Positions 7,757 through 15,439 of a stretch of DNA of 28,149 nucleotides are shown here, piece after piece; the first letter of the stretch is position 1, and each line of letters opens with the position of its first letter. A model generated the notes under the pieces. The model worked only from the letters and a program-made list of their open reading frames with translations, did no database searches and was not told the origin of the DNA. The position numbers were made by a program, and so were the translations under genes. Source of the DNA: a virus (taxonomy: Duplodnaviria; Caudoviricetes); IMG/VR virus record IMGVR_UViG_3300047283_000013, positions 1-28,149 of that record; one strand, given 5' to 3'.

Positions 7757-10099
7757 ATGTCAGGTTACACAAGACAGTCTGTTGCAGACATTATTGCTAA
7801 CGCCGTTATTAAGGCTGCACCAGTAAACGCAGAGTTTAATGCCCTGAGGGATGCCTTCTCGGCTTCTATCGGCCACAAGCATGACGGTACCGCTGCTGAG
7901 GGTGTTTATGTCCCCCTGATTGCAGACCTTGATGCAAACAATAAGGTTGTTGTCGATACCGCTAACAATCGTATCAGTGTCTTTGTCGAGGTTGGTGGTT
8001 CTCCTGTAGAGCAGCTTCGTATTCAGGATGGTGTGATTGTACCTGTCACGGATAATGACATTGATCTGGGTACTAGCTCCCTTGAGTTCAAGAACCTCTT
8101 TATTGACGGCACTGCTAAGATTGATACCCTTACCGTAGACGAGAATGCTACGATTGCTGGTACACTCAGTGTCACTGGCTTGTCTACTCTTGCCACTGCA
8201 GATATTAACGGTGGTACGATTGATGGTACGGTTATCGGTGGTTCTTCTGCTGCCGCTATCACCGGGACAAACGTCACAGCCACTGTGGGCTTCTCTGGTA
8301 CCCTGACTGGCAACGTGACGGGCAACCTTACTGGCAACTCTGCAGGCACCCACACTGGGGCTGTGATTGGGGATGTCACGGGTAACGTCACTGCATCTAG
8401 CGGTTCTAGCTCTTTTAATGATGTTACGATCAACGGCTCACTGAACATGAACAGTGGTAGTGCAGGTACCGTCACGGGCCTCTCTGCTCCTGTAAATGGC
8501 ACTGATGCAGCTACTAAGACCTATGTTGATACTGCTGACGCACTCAAGCTAAACCTCTCTGGTGGTACCATGAGCGGTGCTATTGCAATGGGTACGAATA
8601 AGATCACAGGTCTTGACACTCCCACCAACACTGCAGATGCGGCTACTAAGGGTTATGTTGATACCGCTGTTGCAAACCTGATCGACACTGCTCCGGGTAC
8701 TCTGGACACACTGAACGAGCTTGCTGCTGCTCTTGGTGACGACCCCAACTTTGCTGCAACCACAGCCGCCTCTATTGCCACCAAAGTCTCGTTGGCTGGT
8801 GACACCATGACTGGCGATCTAGTTATGGGTTCGAACAAGGTTACTTCCTCTGCCACACCAGCTACTGACGACACCCTGACTCGCAAGGGCTATGTGGATA
8901 CTCAGGTGGCTACTCGTCTTCCTCTTGCTGGTGGTACCATGTCTGGTGCTATCGCTATGGGGACGAATAAGATTACTGGCATGGGTGATCCTACGTCCAA
9001 TCAGGATGCTGCCACCAAAGCCTACGTTGACACTGCAGATGCTACCAAGCTGAGCCTGTCTGGCGGGACTATGACTGGCAATATTGTCATGGGTTCCAAT
9101 AAAGTCACATCTACTGCAACCCCGACGACAGATGATGACTTGACAAGAAAAGGATATGTTGATAGTATCCTAGGGTCAGCTACGAGTGCTGCTACCAGTG
9201 CTGCTGCTGCTGCAACCTCCGCTACTGCTGCTGCAGGAAGTGCCTCTGCTGCTTCGACATCTGCTACTAATGCTGCTAACAGTGCTACCGCTGCTGCTGC
9301 TTCTTACGACAGCTTTGATGATCGCTACCTTGGTGCTAAGGCATCTCCTCCCTCTGTAGACAATGATGGCAATGCACTGCTTGTAGGAGCAATCTACTGG
9401 AATACTACGAGTAACGAACTGTATCTTTGGACAGGCTCTGCATGGGTTCAGGCTGCATTTACTGCTTCGGGCTTCCTTACTTCTGCTAACAACCTGTCTG
9501 ACCTTGCTAGTGACGCTACCGCTCGTACTAACCTTGGTGTAGAGATTGGCGTAGATGTACAGGCATACGACTCTAACCTAGATACTTTTGTTAGTACTTT
9601 TACCTTACCTGTCTCTGATGGAACAAATGGACAGTTTCTTCAAACAAACGGTTCTGGCACTCTTAGCTTCCAGTCAGTACCCACCATTAATACACTTGAT
9701 GACATTGGTGATGTAACAATTACGAGTGTTACCACTGGTCAGGTGTTGTCGTGGAGTGGGTCCGCATGGGTGAATAGCACTCTGGAAGCATTTAATACGC
9801 AGACAGCCTCTACTTCTAGCACTGCTCAGACAGCTATTGCAACTTACGCTGTGGCGTCGTATGCTGGTGTCAAGGTGGTCATTGTTGTAACTGATAGTAC
9901 TGCTAGTGAACGCACTATTACTGAAATGATTATCACACATGATGGAACCACTGCCGTAGCTACGGAGTACGCTATTGTAAGCACAGATACCTCACGCGCC
10001 ACATTTGACGTAGATATCTCTGGTGGTAACATTCGTATTCTTGCCACACCTGCATCCTCTAATAGCATGAGCTTCACTGTTAAGGCTATTACTCTTTAA
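7757..10099 (+). CDS. Tail fibre protein
   Basis: 780 aa. N-terminal anchor (EFNAL..AF...GHKHDG), repeats of L.L.GGTM.G.I.MG.NK.T...P....D...K.YVD, the fibre motif APGTLDTLNELAAALGDDPNFA, an Ala/Ser-rich stalk and a C-terminal beta domain. Confidence 0.85.
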   Translation: MSGYTRQSVADIIANAVIKAAPVNAEFNALRDAFSASIGHKHDGTAAEGVYVPLIADLDANNKVVVDTANNRISVFVEVGGSPVEQLRIQDGVIVPVTDNDIDLGTSSLEFKNLFIDGTAKIDTLTVDENATIAGTLSVTGLSTLATADINGGTIDGTVIGGSSAAAITGTNVTATVGFSGTLTGNVTGNLTGNSAGTHTGAVIGDVTGNVTASSGSSSFNDVTINGSLNMNSGSAGTVTGLSAPVNGTDAATKTYVDTADALKLNLSGGTMSGAIAMGTNKITGLDTPTNTADAATKGYVDTAVANLIDTAPGTLDTLNELAAALGDDPNFAATTAASIATKVSLAGDTMTGDLVMGSNKVTSSATPATDDTLTRKGYVDTQVATRLPLAGGTMSGAIAMGTNKITGMGDPTSNQDAATKAYVDTADATKLSLSGGTMTGNIVMGSNKVTSTATPTTDDDLTRKGYVDSILGSATSAATSAAAAATSATAAAGSASAASTSATNAANSATAAAASYDSFDDRYLGAKASPPSVDNDGNALLVGAIYWNTTSNELYLWTGSAWVQAAFTASGFLTSANNLSDLASDATARTNLGVEIGVDVQAYDSNLDTFVSTFTLPVSDGTNGQFLQTNGSGTLSFQSVPTINTLDDIGDVTITSVTTGQVLSWSGSAWVNSTLEAFNTQTASTSSTAQTAIATYAVASYAGVKVVIVVTDSTASERTITEMIITHDGTTAVATEYAIVSTDTSRATFDVDISGGNIRILATPASSNSMSFTVKAITL

Positions 10100-10127
10100 G
10101 TACCGTGACTAATGGGGAGAGTGAACC

Positions 10128-12047
10128 ATGTCCAACGATAAAGACTTTAAAGTTAAGAAGGGTGTAAAGCCTACCGTATATCACGAGAAGTTGGGGACTG
10201 TTGTTTCTGGGACTGAGGGGTATACTGTTCTTAGTGCTTCTTACGACAGTGTGAGTTTTTCTGTAGCTGCACAAGACACTGCCCCCCAAGACTTATTCTT
10301 TAAGCCTGATGGCACCAAGATGTACATTATCGGGTCTACCAACGATTCCGTGTATGAGTACAATTTAAGCACTGCTTGGGACATCTCTACTGCATCCTAT
10401 GTGCAGCTATTTAGCGTTGCTTCGCAGGAGATTACTCCAGTTGGACTTTTCTTTAAGCCTGACGGAACTAAGATGTATATTTGCGGGGCCACGGGTGATG
10501 ATGTAAATGAATTTTCGCTAAGCACTGCTTGGGACATCTCTACTGCATCCTATGTGCAGCTATTTAGCGTTGCTTCGCAAGAAACTAACCCAACCGGGGT
10601 TTTCTTTAAGCCTGATGGTAATAAAATGTATATCACAGGCAACAATGGACAAGATGTCAATGAGTACGACCTAAGCACCGCTTGGGATATCTCTACAGCT
10701 TCTTTCCTACAGTCTTTTAGCGTAGCCGCTCAAGAGGCATCTCCAAGAGGTGTTTTTTTTAAACCTGACGGTAATAAAATGTATGTTACTGGTAGCGCAG
10801 GCCAAAATGTCAATGAGTATAACCTTAGTACTGCTTGGAACATTTCTACAGCTTCTTACGGCCAAAACTTTAGTGTAGCTGCTCAAGATTCTGGACCCAC
10901 TGGTGTTTATTTTAAAGACGATGGTACGAAGATGTATGTGGTCGGGTCTACTGGACAAAGGGTCTACCAATACTCCACAACCATCAACAGCCAAACCCTA
11001 GACCTCTCCACTGGTTCTGTCTTCCAACTTACCCCAGCTTCCAACATCCAACTCAGCTTGAGTAATCCCGCTGCTAGTGGTACTGTGAGTGGTGCTACTT
11101 TGTTGTTGGAGGGTGCTGCTGTGAATACCTATGACCTTTCTAGTGCCAGCTACGATAGCGTAAGTTTTAGCGTAGCTAGTCAGGAAGCAGCCACCACAGG
11201 CATCTTCTTCAAGCCAGATGGTCTTAAGATGTATATTGTAGGTACTAGCGGAGACGATGTAAACGAGTACAATCTGAGTACTGCTTGGGATGTTTCTACA
11301 GCTTCTTACTTGCAGGTATTCAGCGTTTCTGCTCAAGAGGCATCCCCCAATGGTATCTTCTTCAAGCCTGATGGTACAAAAATGTATATCACAGGTGGTG
11401 TAGGGGTAGACGTAAACGAATACAACCTAAGTACAGCTTGGAATGTTTCCACTGCTTCTTTTGTACAGAACTTCAGTGTGTCTGGTCAAGATGGGACTCC
11501 CACAGGCATTTTCTTTAAACCAGATGGTACGAAGATGTATGTTGCAGGTGCTAGTGGAGACGAAATAAACGAATATTCCTTGAGTACCGCTTGGAACATT
11601 TCTACAGCTTCTTTTGTACAAGTCTTTAGTGTAGCTGCTCAAGTAAGCGCCCCACGGGGTGTCTTCTTTAAGCCAGACGGCACTAAGATGTATTTTGTAA
11701 CCCCTGTTACTGACGATGTAAGTGAATACTCCCTGTCTACTGCTTGGAACATTTCTACTGCGTCCTATGTTAGGGACTTTAGTGTTGCTGCTCAAGAGAC
11801 TGGCCCAACAGGTCTTTTCTTTAAGGACGATGGCACTAAGATGTATGTTGTCGGGGACGCTTCAGATACAGTATTCCAGTACTCCACAGCAACCTCTGCT
11901 ACGATTATCTATGATTCTTCCGTTGACTTCCCCGGTGGTACTGCCCCTACATCTCCTGCTGTTGGTGATACGGATGTACTGGTCTTCACTACCCGCGATG
12001 GTGGGACTTCCTACAAAGCAGCCTTGGCAATTGATGGAGCCGCGTGA
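10128..12047 (+). CDS. Tail-associated adhesin with two 5-repeat beta-propeller blocks
   Basis: 639 aa with ten ~51-aa repeats FSV..Q...P.G.FFKPDGTKMY..G...D.V.EY.LSTAW.ISTAS, N-terminal DFKVKKG and C-terminal FTTRDGGTSY. Confidence 0.8.
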   Translation: MSNDKDFKVKKGVKPTVYHEKLGTVVSGTEGYTVLSASYDSVSFSVAAQDTAPQDLFFKPDGTKMYIIGSTNDSVYEYNLSTAWDISTASYVQLFSVASQEITPVGLFFKPDGTKMYICGATGDDVNEFSLSTAWDISTASYVQLFSVASQETNPTGVFFKPDGNKMYITGNNGQDVNEYDLSTAWDISTASFLQSFSVAAQEASPRGVFFKPDGNKMYVTGSAGQNVNEYNLSTAWNISTASYGQNFSVAAQDSGPTGVYFKDDGTKMYVVGSTGQRVYQYSTTINSQTLDLSTGSVFQLTPASNIQLSLSNPAASGTVSGATLLLEGAAVNTYDLSSASYDSVSFSVASQEAATTGIFFKPDGLKMYIVGTSGDDVNEYNLSTAWDVSTASYLQVFSVSAQEASPNGIFFKPDGTKMYITGGVGVDVNEYNLSTAWNVSTASFVQNFSVSGQDGTPTGIFFKPDGTKMYVAGASGDEINEYSLSTAWNISTASFVQVFSVAAQVSAPRGVFFKPDGTKMYFVTPVTDDVSEYSLSTAWNISTASYVRDFSVAAQETGPTGLFFKDDGTKMYVVGDASDTVFQYSTATSATIIYDSSVDFPGGTAPTSPAVGDTDVLVFTTRDGGTSYKAALAIDGAA

Positions 12048-12901
12048 TGGCAAACGATCAGGACTTCATCCTTAAGAATGCTCTAGAGGTTGGCAAGGAT
12101 ACTAAGGTCACTCTTGGTACGATCACCGTTGGAGCGACTGGCTACAATCTTGCTAACGCTTCCTACGACAGTGTAAGTTTTTCTGTAGCTGCACAAGAGA
12201 CAAGTCCGCAAGGTGTTTTCTTAAAACCCGATGGAACAAAAATGTATGTTGTAGGCAATACTGGCGATGACATTAATGAGTACAACCTAGGTACTGCTTG
12301 GAATGTCTCTACAGCTTCTTTTGTACAGGTCTTTAGTGTAGCCGCACAGGAAGCAACTCCAGTTGATGTCTCTTTTAAACCAGATGGCACTAAGATGTAT
12401 ATTCTGGGAAATACTGGTGTTGACATTAATGAATACAACCTAAGCACAGCATGGGATATTTCTACAGCGTCTTACTTACAGAACTTCAGTGTGTCTGGGC
12501 AAGAAACTAACCCACTTGGATTTTTCTTTAAGCCTGATGGTACGAAGATGTATGTTATTGGGCTTGTTGGTGTTGACGTTAATGAGTACAACCTTAGTAC
12601 TGCTTGGAACATTTCTACAGCTTCTTTTGTACAGGTCTTTAGTGTAGCCGCACAGGAAGCAACTCCAAGGTCAGTGTTTTTTAAACCTGATGGCACTAAG
12701 ATGTATGTTGCTGGGTCTGGTGGAGATGACGTTAATGAGTATTCCTTAAGCACTGCTTGGAACATTTCCACTTCAGCTTATGTTCAGAACTTCAGTGTTT
12801 TTGCACAAGATGACACACCCCGCGCCGTTCTCTTTAAAGATGATGGAACTAAGATGTATATTCTTGGCGGTACAACCACCACTATCTACCAGTATTCTAC
12901 A
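10233..12901 (+). repeat. Fifteen ~153-bp coding repeats in three blocks (about 10233-10979, 11130-11889, 12143-12901)
   Basis: Period 153 bp. Identical DNA stretches at 10366-10426/10519-10579 and 12308-12361/12614-12667. Confidence 0.9.
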
Positions 12902-13186
12902 ATAGCATATAACAACGATGTTAGTCTCTCCACAGGGAATTACTTTGCTGAGGCCCTAGCTGGCAACACAACGTATACTTTCAGCAATGCTGGTGCTGTA
13001 CAAGCCTTCCAGATGGAGATCACTGGTGCTAGCACCTACACAATCACTTGGCCCGCCTCTGTAGAATGGCCTTTCAATGGTACTGCACCTAATGTTCCGG
13101 GTGCTGGTGAGACAGACATCTACACGTTTGTAACTGACGATGGTGGTACAAGCTACATTGGTCTCTTGACTGCGGATGCCGTATAA
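12047..13186 (+). CDS. Tail-associated adhesin with one 5-repeat beta-propeller block
   Basis: ATG 12047 overlaps the previous stop (TGATG) and has RBS GGAG. Five of the same repeats, N-terminal DFILKNA, C-terminal ITWPASVEW...YTFVTDDGGTSY. Confidence 0.8.
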   Translation: MANDQDFILKNALEVGKDTKVTLGTITVGATGYNLANASYDSVSFSVAAQETSPQGVFLKPDGTKMYVVGNTGDDINEYNLGTAWNVSTASFVQVFSVAAQEATPVDVSFKPDGTKMYILGNTGVDINEYNLSTAWDISTASYLQNFSVSGQETNPLGFFFKPDGTKMYVIGLVGVDVNEYNLSTAWNISTASFVQVFSVAAQEATPRSVFFKPDGTKMYVAGSGGDDVNEYSLSTAWNISTSAYVQNFSVFAQDDTPRAVLFKDDGTKMYILGGTTTTIYQYSTIAYNNDVSLSTGNYFAEALAGNTTYTFSNAGAVQAFQMEITGASTYTITWPASVEWPFNGTAPNVPGAGETDIYTFVTDDGGTSYIGLLTADAV

Positions 13187-13216
13187 CTATAACTAGCATA
13201 GAGGAAAGGTGAATCT

Positions 13217-13570
13217 ATGGCTAACAATCAAAGTTTCAAAGTAAAGAATGGTATCCTTGCTCAGAGGTATCTACAGACTGCTGTAGCTATGGCTGCAAAC
13301 AATGTTGATCTGTCCAAGGGTACTTACTTTACTAAGACCATCTCTAGCCCTACTACTCTTACATTTAGCAATCCTCCTGCTTCTGGTGTAGCTATTGCAT
13401 TCGCTCTAGAAATCAATGGGAATGGTAGTGCGATTACTTGGCCTGCTAGTGTGAAGTGGCATGAGGCTACAACACCCACAGTCACAGCCACCAAGGAACT
13501 CTACACCTTTATCACTGTAGATGGTGGCACTACATACTACGGCAAACAAGCAGCTACGGAGTTGGCATGA
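13217..13570 (+). CDS. Small tail-associated protein (propeller-less paralogue of the two preceding genes)
   Basis: 117 aa with N-terminal SFKVKNGI and the domain VDLSKGTYF...TFSNPPASG...ITWPASVKW...YTFITVDGGTTYYG shared with the preceding genes. Confidence 0.8.
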   Translation: MANNQSFKVKNGILAQRYLQTAVAMAANNVDLSKGTYFTKTISSPTTLTFSNPPASGVAIAFALEINGNGSAITWPASVKWHEATTPTVTATKELYTFITVDGGTTYYGKQAATELA

Positions 13571-13603
13571 TGCGTATGATTAATACGGTGGGAGATACGA
13601 ACC

Positions 13604-14956
13604 ATGTCTAATAGTAAGATGGTAATGAGCCAAGCTGCTAATTCGCTTGCCCTGACGGCAGGACAGACGTTGTTTTATGGTAGACCGGACGGTGCTTCCA
13701 CCGCAGTTGATTCATTTTCGTTTGTCGTTCCTGATGGGGTCACGGAAATCTCTGCGGTTTGTGTCGGCCCCGGACAGAGTGGTAGAAGGAGCGACTCTAC
13801 GGGAAATGGCGGTGCTGGTGGAAATCTGCGTTACTCAAGTTCTATTGCTGTAACTGCTGGTGAAACCCTAACTGTCGAAGTTGGCGAAGGTATACAGGCT
13901 AACACTAGCGTCCAAAGCGGCGGAACAACACGAATTAAGCGTGGGGCTACAATACTACTTGAAGCGTCGAACCAAACGAACTCCACTGATAATTCTACGA
14001 TAGGCGGCAGCATTGGTGGTGGTGACGGCGGGATTGGCGGCGGTTCTACTTCTACCAATGCTGGCGGTGGTGGTGGGGCTGGTGGTTACAGTGGGTCTGG
14101 CGGTGCTGGTCAAACAGGTGGCGGAACTACTGTCGCCCCGGCTGCTAACAGTGGTGGAGCCTTCGGAGGAATTAGGTCAGCGAGTACTGCTGGTCCGGGT
14201 GGTGGTGTAGGTCTTATGGGGGCTGGACCCACTGGCTCAGATTACTATAGCTCTACCTCGCAAAACGCTCGTAACGCTGTGGGTTCTTACGGATTTATAA
14301 GCGATGGGTCTATCTATGCAGCAGGGTTTGGCTCTGGTGGAGGCGGTAATGACTCCACAAGTGGCTTTGCCGGGGCGGGCGGTGCGGGTGCTTGCCGCAT
14401 TATATGGGGCGCTGGCCGAAGCTATCCAAGCGATGTAGCGAACTATTTGCCGTTGGCAAACCCAGCAAGCCAGATTGAACTACGCCTGTATGGTTCAACT
14501 GGTTGTGGCTTGTCCATGCTGTCTGTGAAAGATGCTAATAATACGGATTTTTTTGGTGGGCTTACACCAGTTGAGGGCGGCAGCGGTTCCTCCTTTTCAA
14601 GCATTAGTTCTGGTCAGTTCACACTAAAAGCGCAAGCATATCCGGCTGGTCAATTGAGTAACTTGCAAACAACAAACACTGCTGGTACATACCTCTACTA
14701 CCCTACAACGGGTCTAGCAGACCCATCAAACTATGTCTCAATCTTTATTAAGCCGACCTCGGCTAAGATCGTTGGCTCTATCACGCTAAGTGGTGCATAT
14801 AACTCTGCTTCTTCTGGCACATACCATAATCCTGTGTCCGGGATTGCTGTCATTGCTGACGGACTAGACATCACAAACGGGATTGCCTGCCTGCGTGGGG
14901 ACTACGTTTGGGACGGCACTTACGAGAGACTCATCCAAACCATAACCTTCACATGA
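13604..14956 (+). CDS. Glycine-rich tail fibre/receptor-binding protein
   Basis: 450 aa with FVVPDGVTEISAVCVG, GGAGG, VTAGETLTVEVGEG and GAGGAGACRIIWG, the pattern of phage Gly-rich fibre domains, plus a distinct C-terminal beta domain. Confidence 0.7.
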   Translation: MSNSKMVMSQAANSLALTAGQTLFYGRPDGASTAVDSFSFVVPDGVTEISAVCVGPGQSGRRSDSTGNGGAGGNLRYSSSIAVTAGETLTVEVGEGIQANTSVQSGGTTRIKRGATILLEASNQTNSTDNSTIGGSIGGGDGGIGGGSTSTNAGGGGGAGGYSGSGGAGQTGGGTTVAPAANSGGAFGGIRSASTAGPGGGVGLMGAGPTGSDYYSSTSQNARNAVGSYGFISDGSIYAAGFGSGGGGNDSTSGFAGAGGAGACRIIWGAGRSYPSDVANYLPLANPASQIELRLYGSTGCGLSMLSVKDANNTDFFGGLTPVEGGSGSSFSSISSGQFTLKAQAYPAGQLSNLQTTNTAGTYLYYPTTGLADPSNYVSIFIKPTSAKIVGSITLSGAYNSASSGTYHNPVSGIAVIADGLDITNGIACLRGDYVWDGTYERLIQTITFT

Positions 14957-14964
14957 GGACTACC

Positions 14965-15438
14965 ATGTTCGTAAAAGCTAACAACGGGGTCGCCGAAAAA
15001 TTCCCCTACACAATCGGCGAACTGCGGAGAGACAACCCTAAAACATCTTTTCCAAAGAATATCTCCTCTGACATCCTTGCTAGGTATAACGTCTTTGTCG
15101 TGACCGAACCAACAATCCCTGAGTTTGATAAAGAGACAAATCGGGCAGAGAGGTCTAAAGAACCTGTACTTGACAATGGAGTGTGGGTGTGGGGCTGGGA
15201 AATTCTGCCGCTAACAGAGCAAGAGATTGCTACAAGAGAAGAGACCAGAGCATCCACTGTCCGTTCTGAGCGTAATGCACTCCTCTCCGCTTCTGATTGG
15301 GTCGTAGTACTTCATACGGAGAAGGGTACAAACATTCCTCTTGAGTGGGAAGTCTATCGTCAAGCTCTTCGGGATATCACCACTCAAGTTGGTTTTCCTC
15401 ACACTGTTGAATGGCCCGTTAAGCCGGGAGTGAATTAA
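14965..15438 (+). CDS. Tail fibre assembly chaperone
   Basis: Start moved to ATG 14965 (RBS GAGGA). The C-terminal VRSERNALLSASDW...WEVYRQALRDITTQ.GFP..VEWP.KP is the phage tail assembly chaperone signature. Confidence 0.8.
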   Translation: MFVKANNGVAEKFPYTIGELRRDNPKTSFPKNISSDILARYNVFVVTEPTIPEFDKETNRAERSKEPVLDNGVWVWGWEILPLTEQEIATREETRASTVRSERNALLSASDWVVVLHTEKGTNIPLEWEVYRQALRDITTQVGFPHTVEWPVKPGVN

Positions 15439-15439
15439 T

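Noticed and set aside
10233-12901. Possible diversity-generating retroelement template/variable repeats
   Set aside because: All copies are coding blades, the differences are not visibly adenine-specific, and there is no reverse transcriptase in the window.
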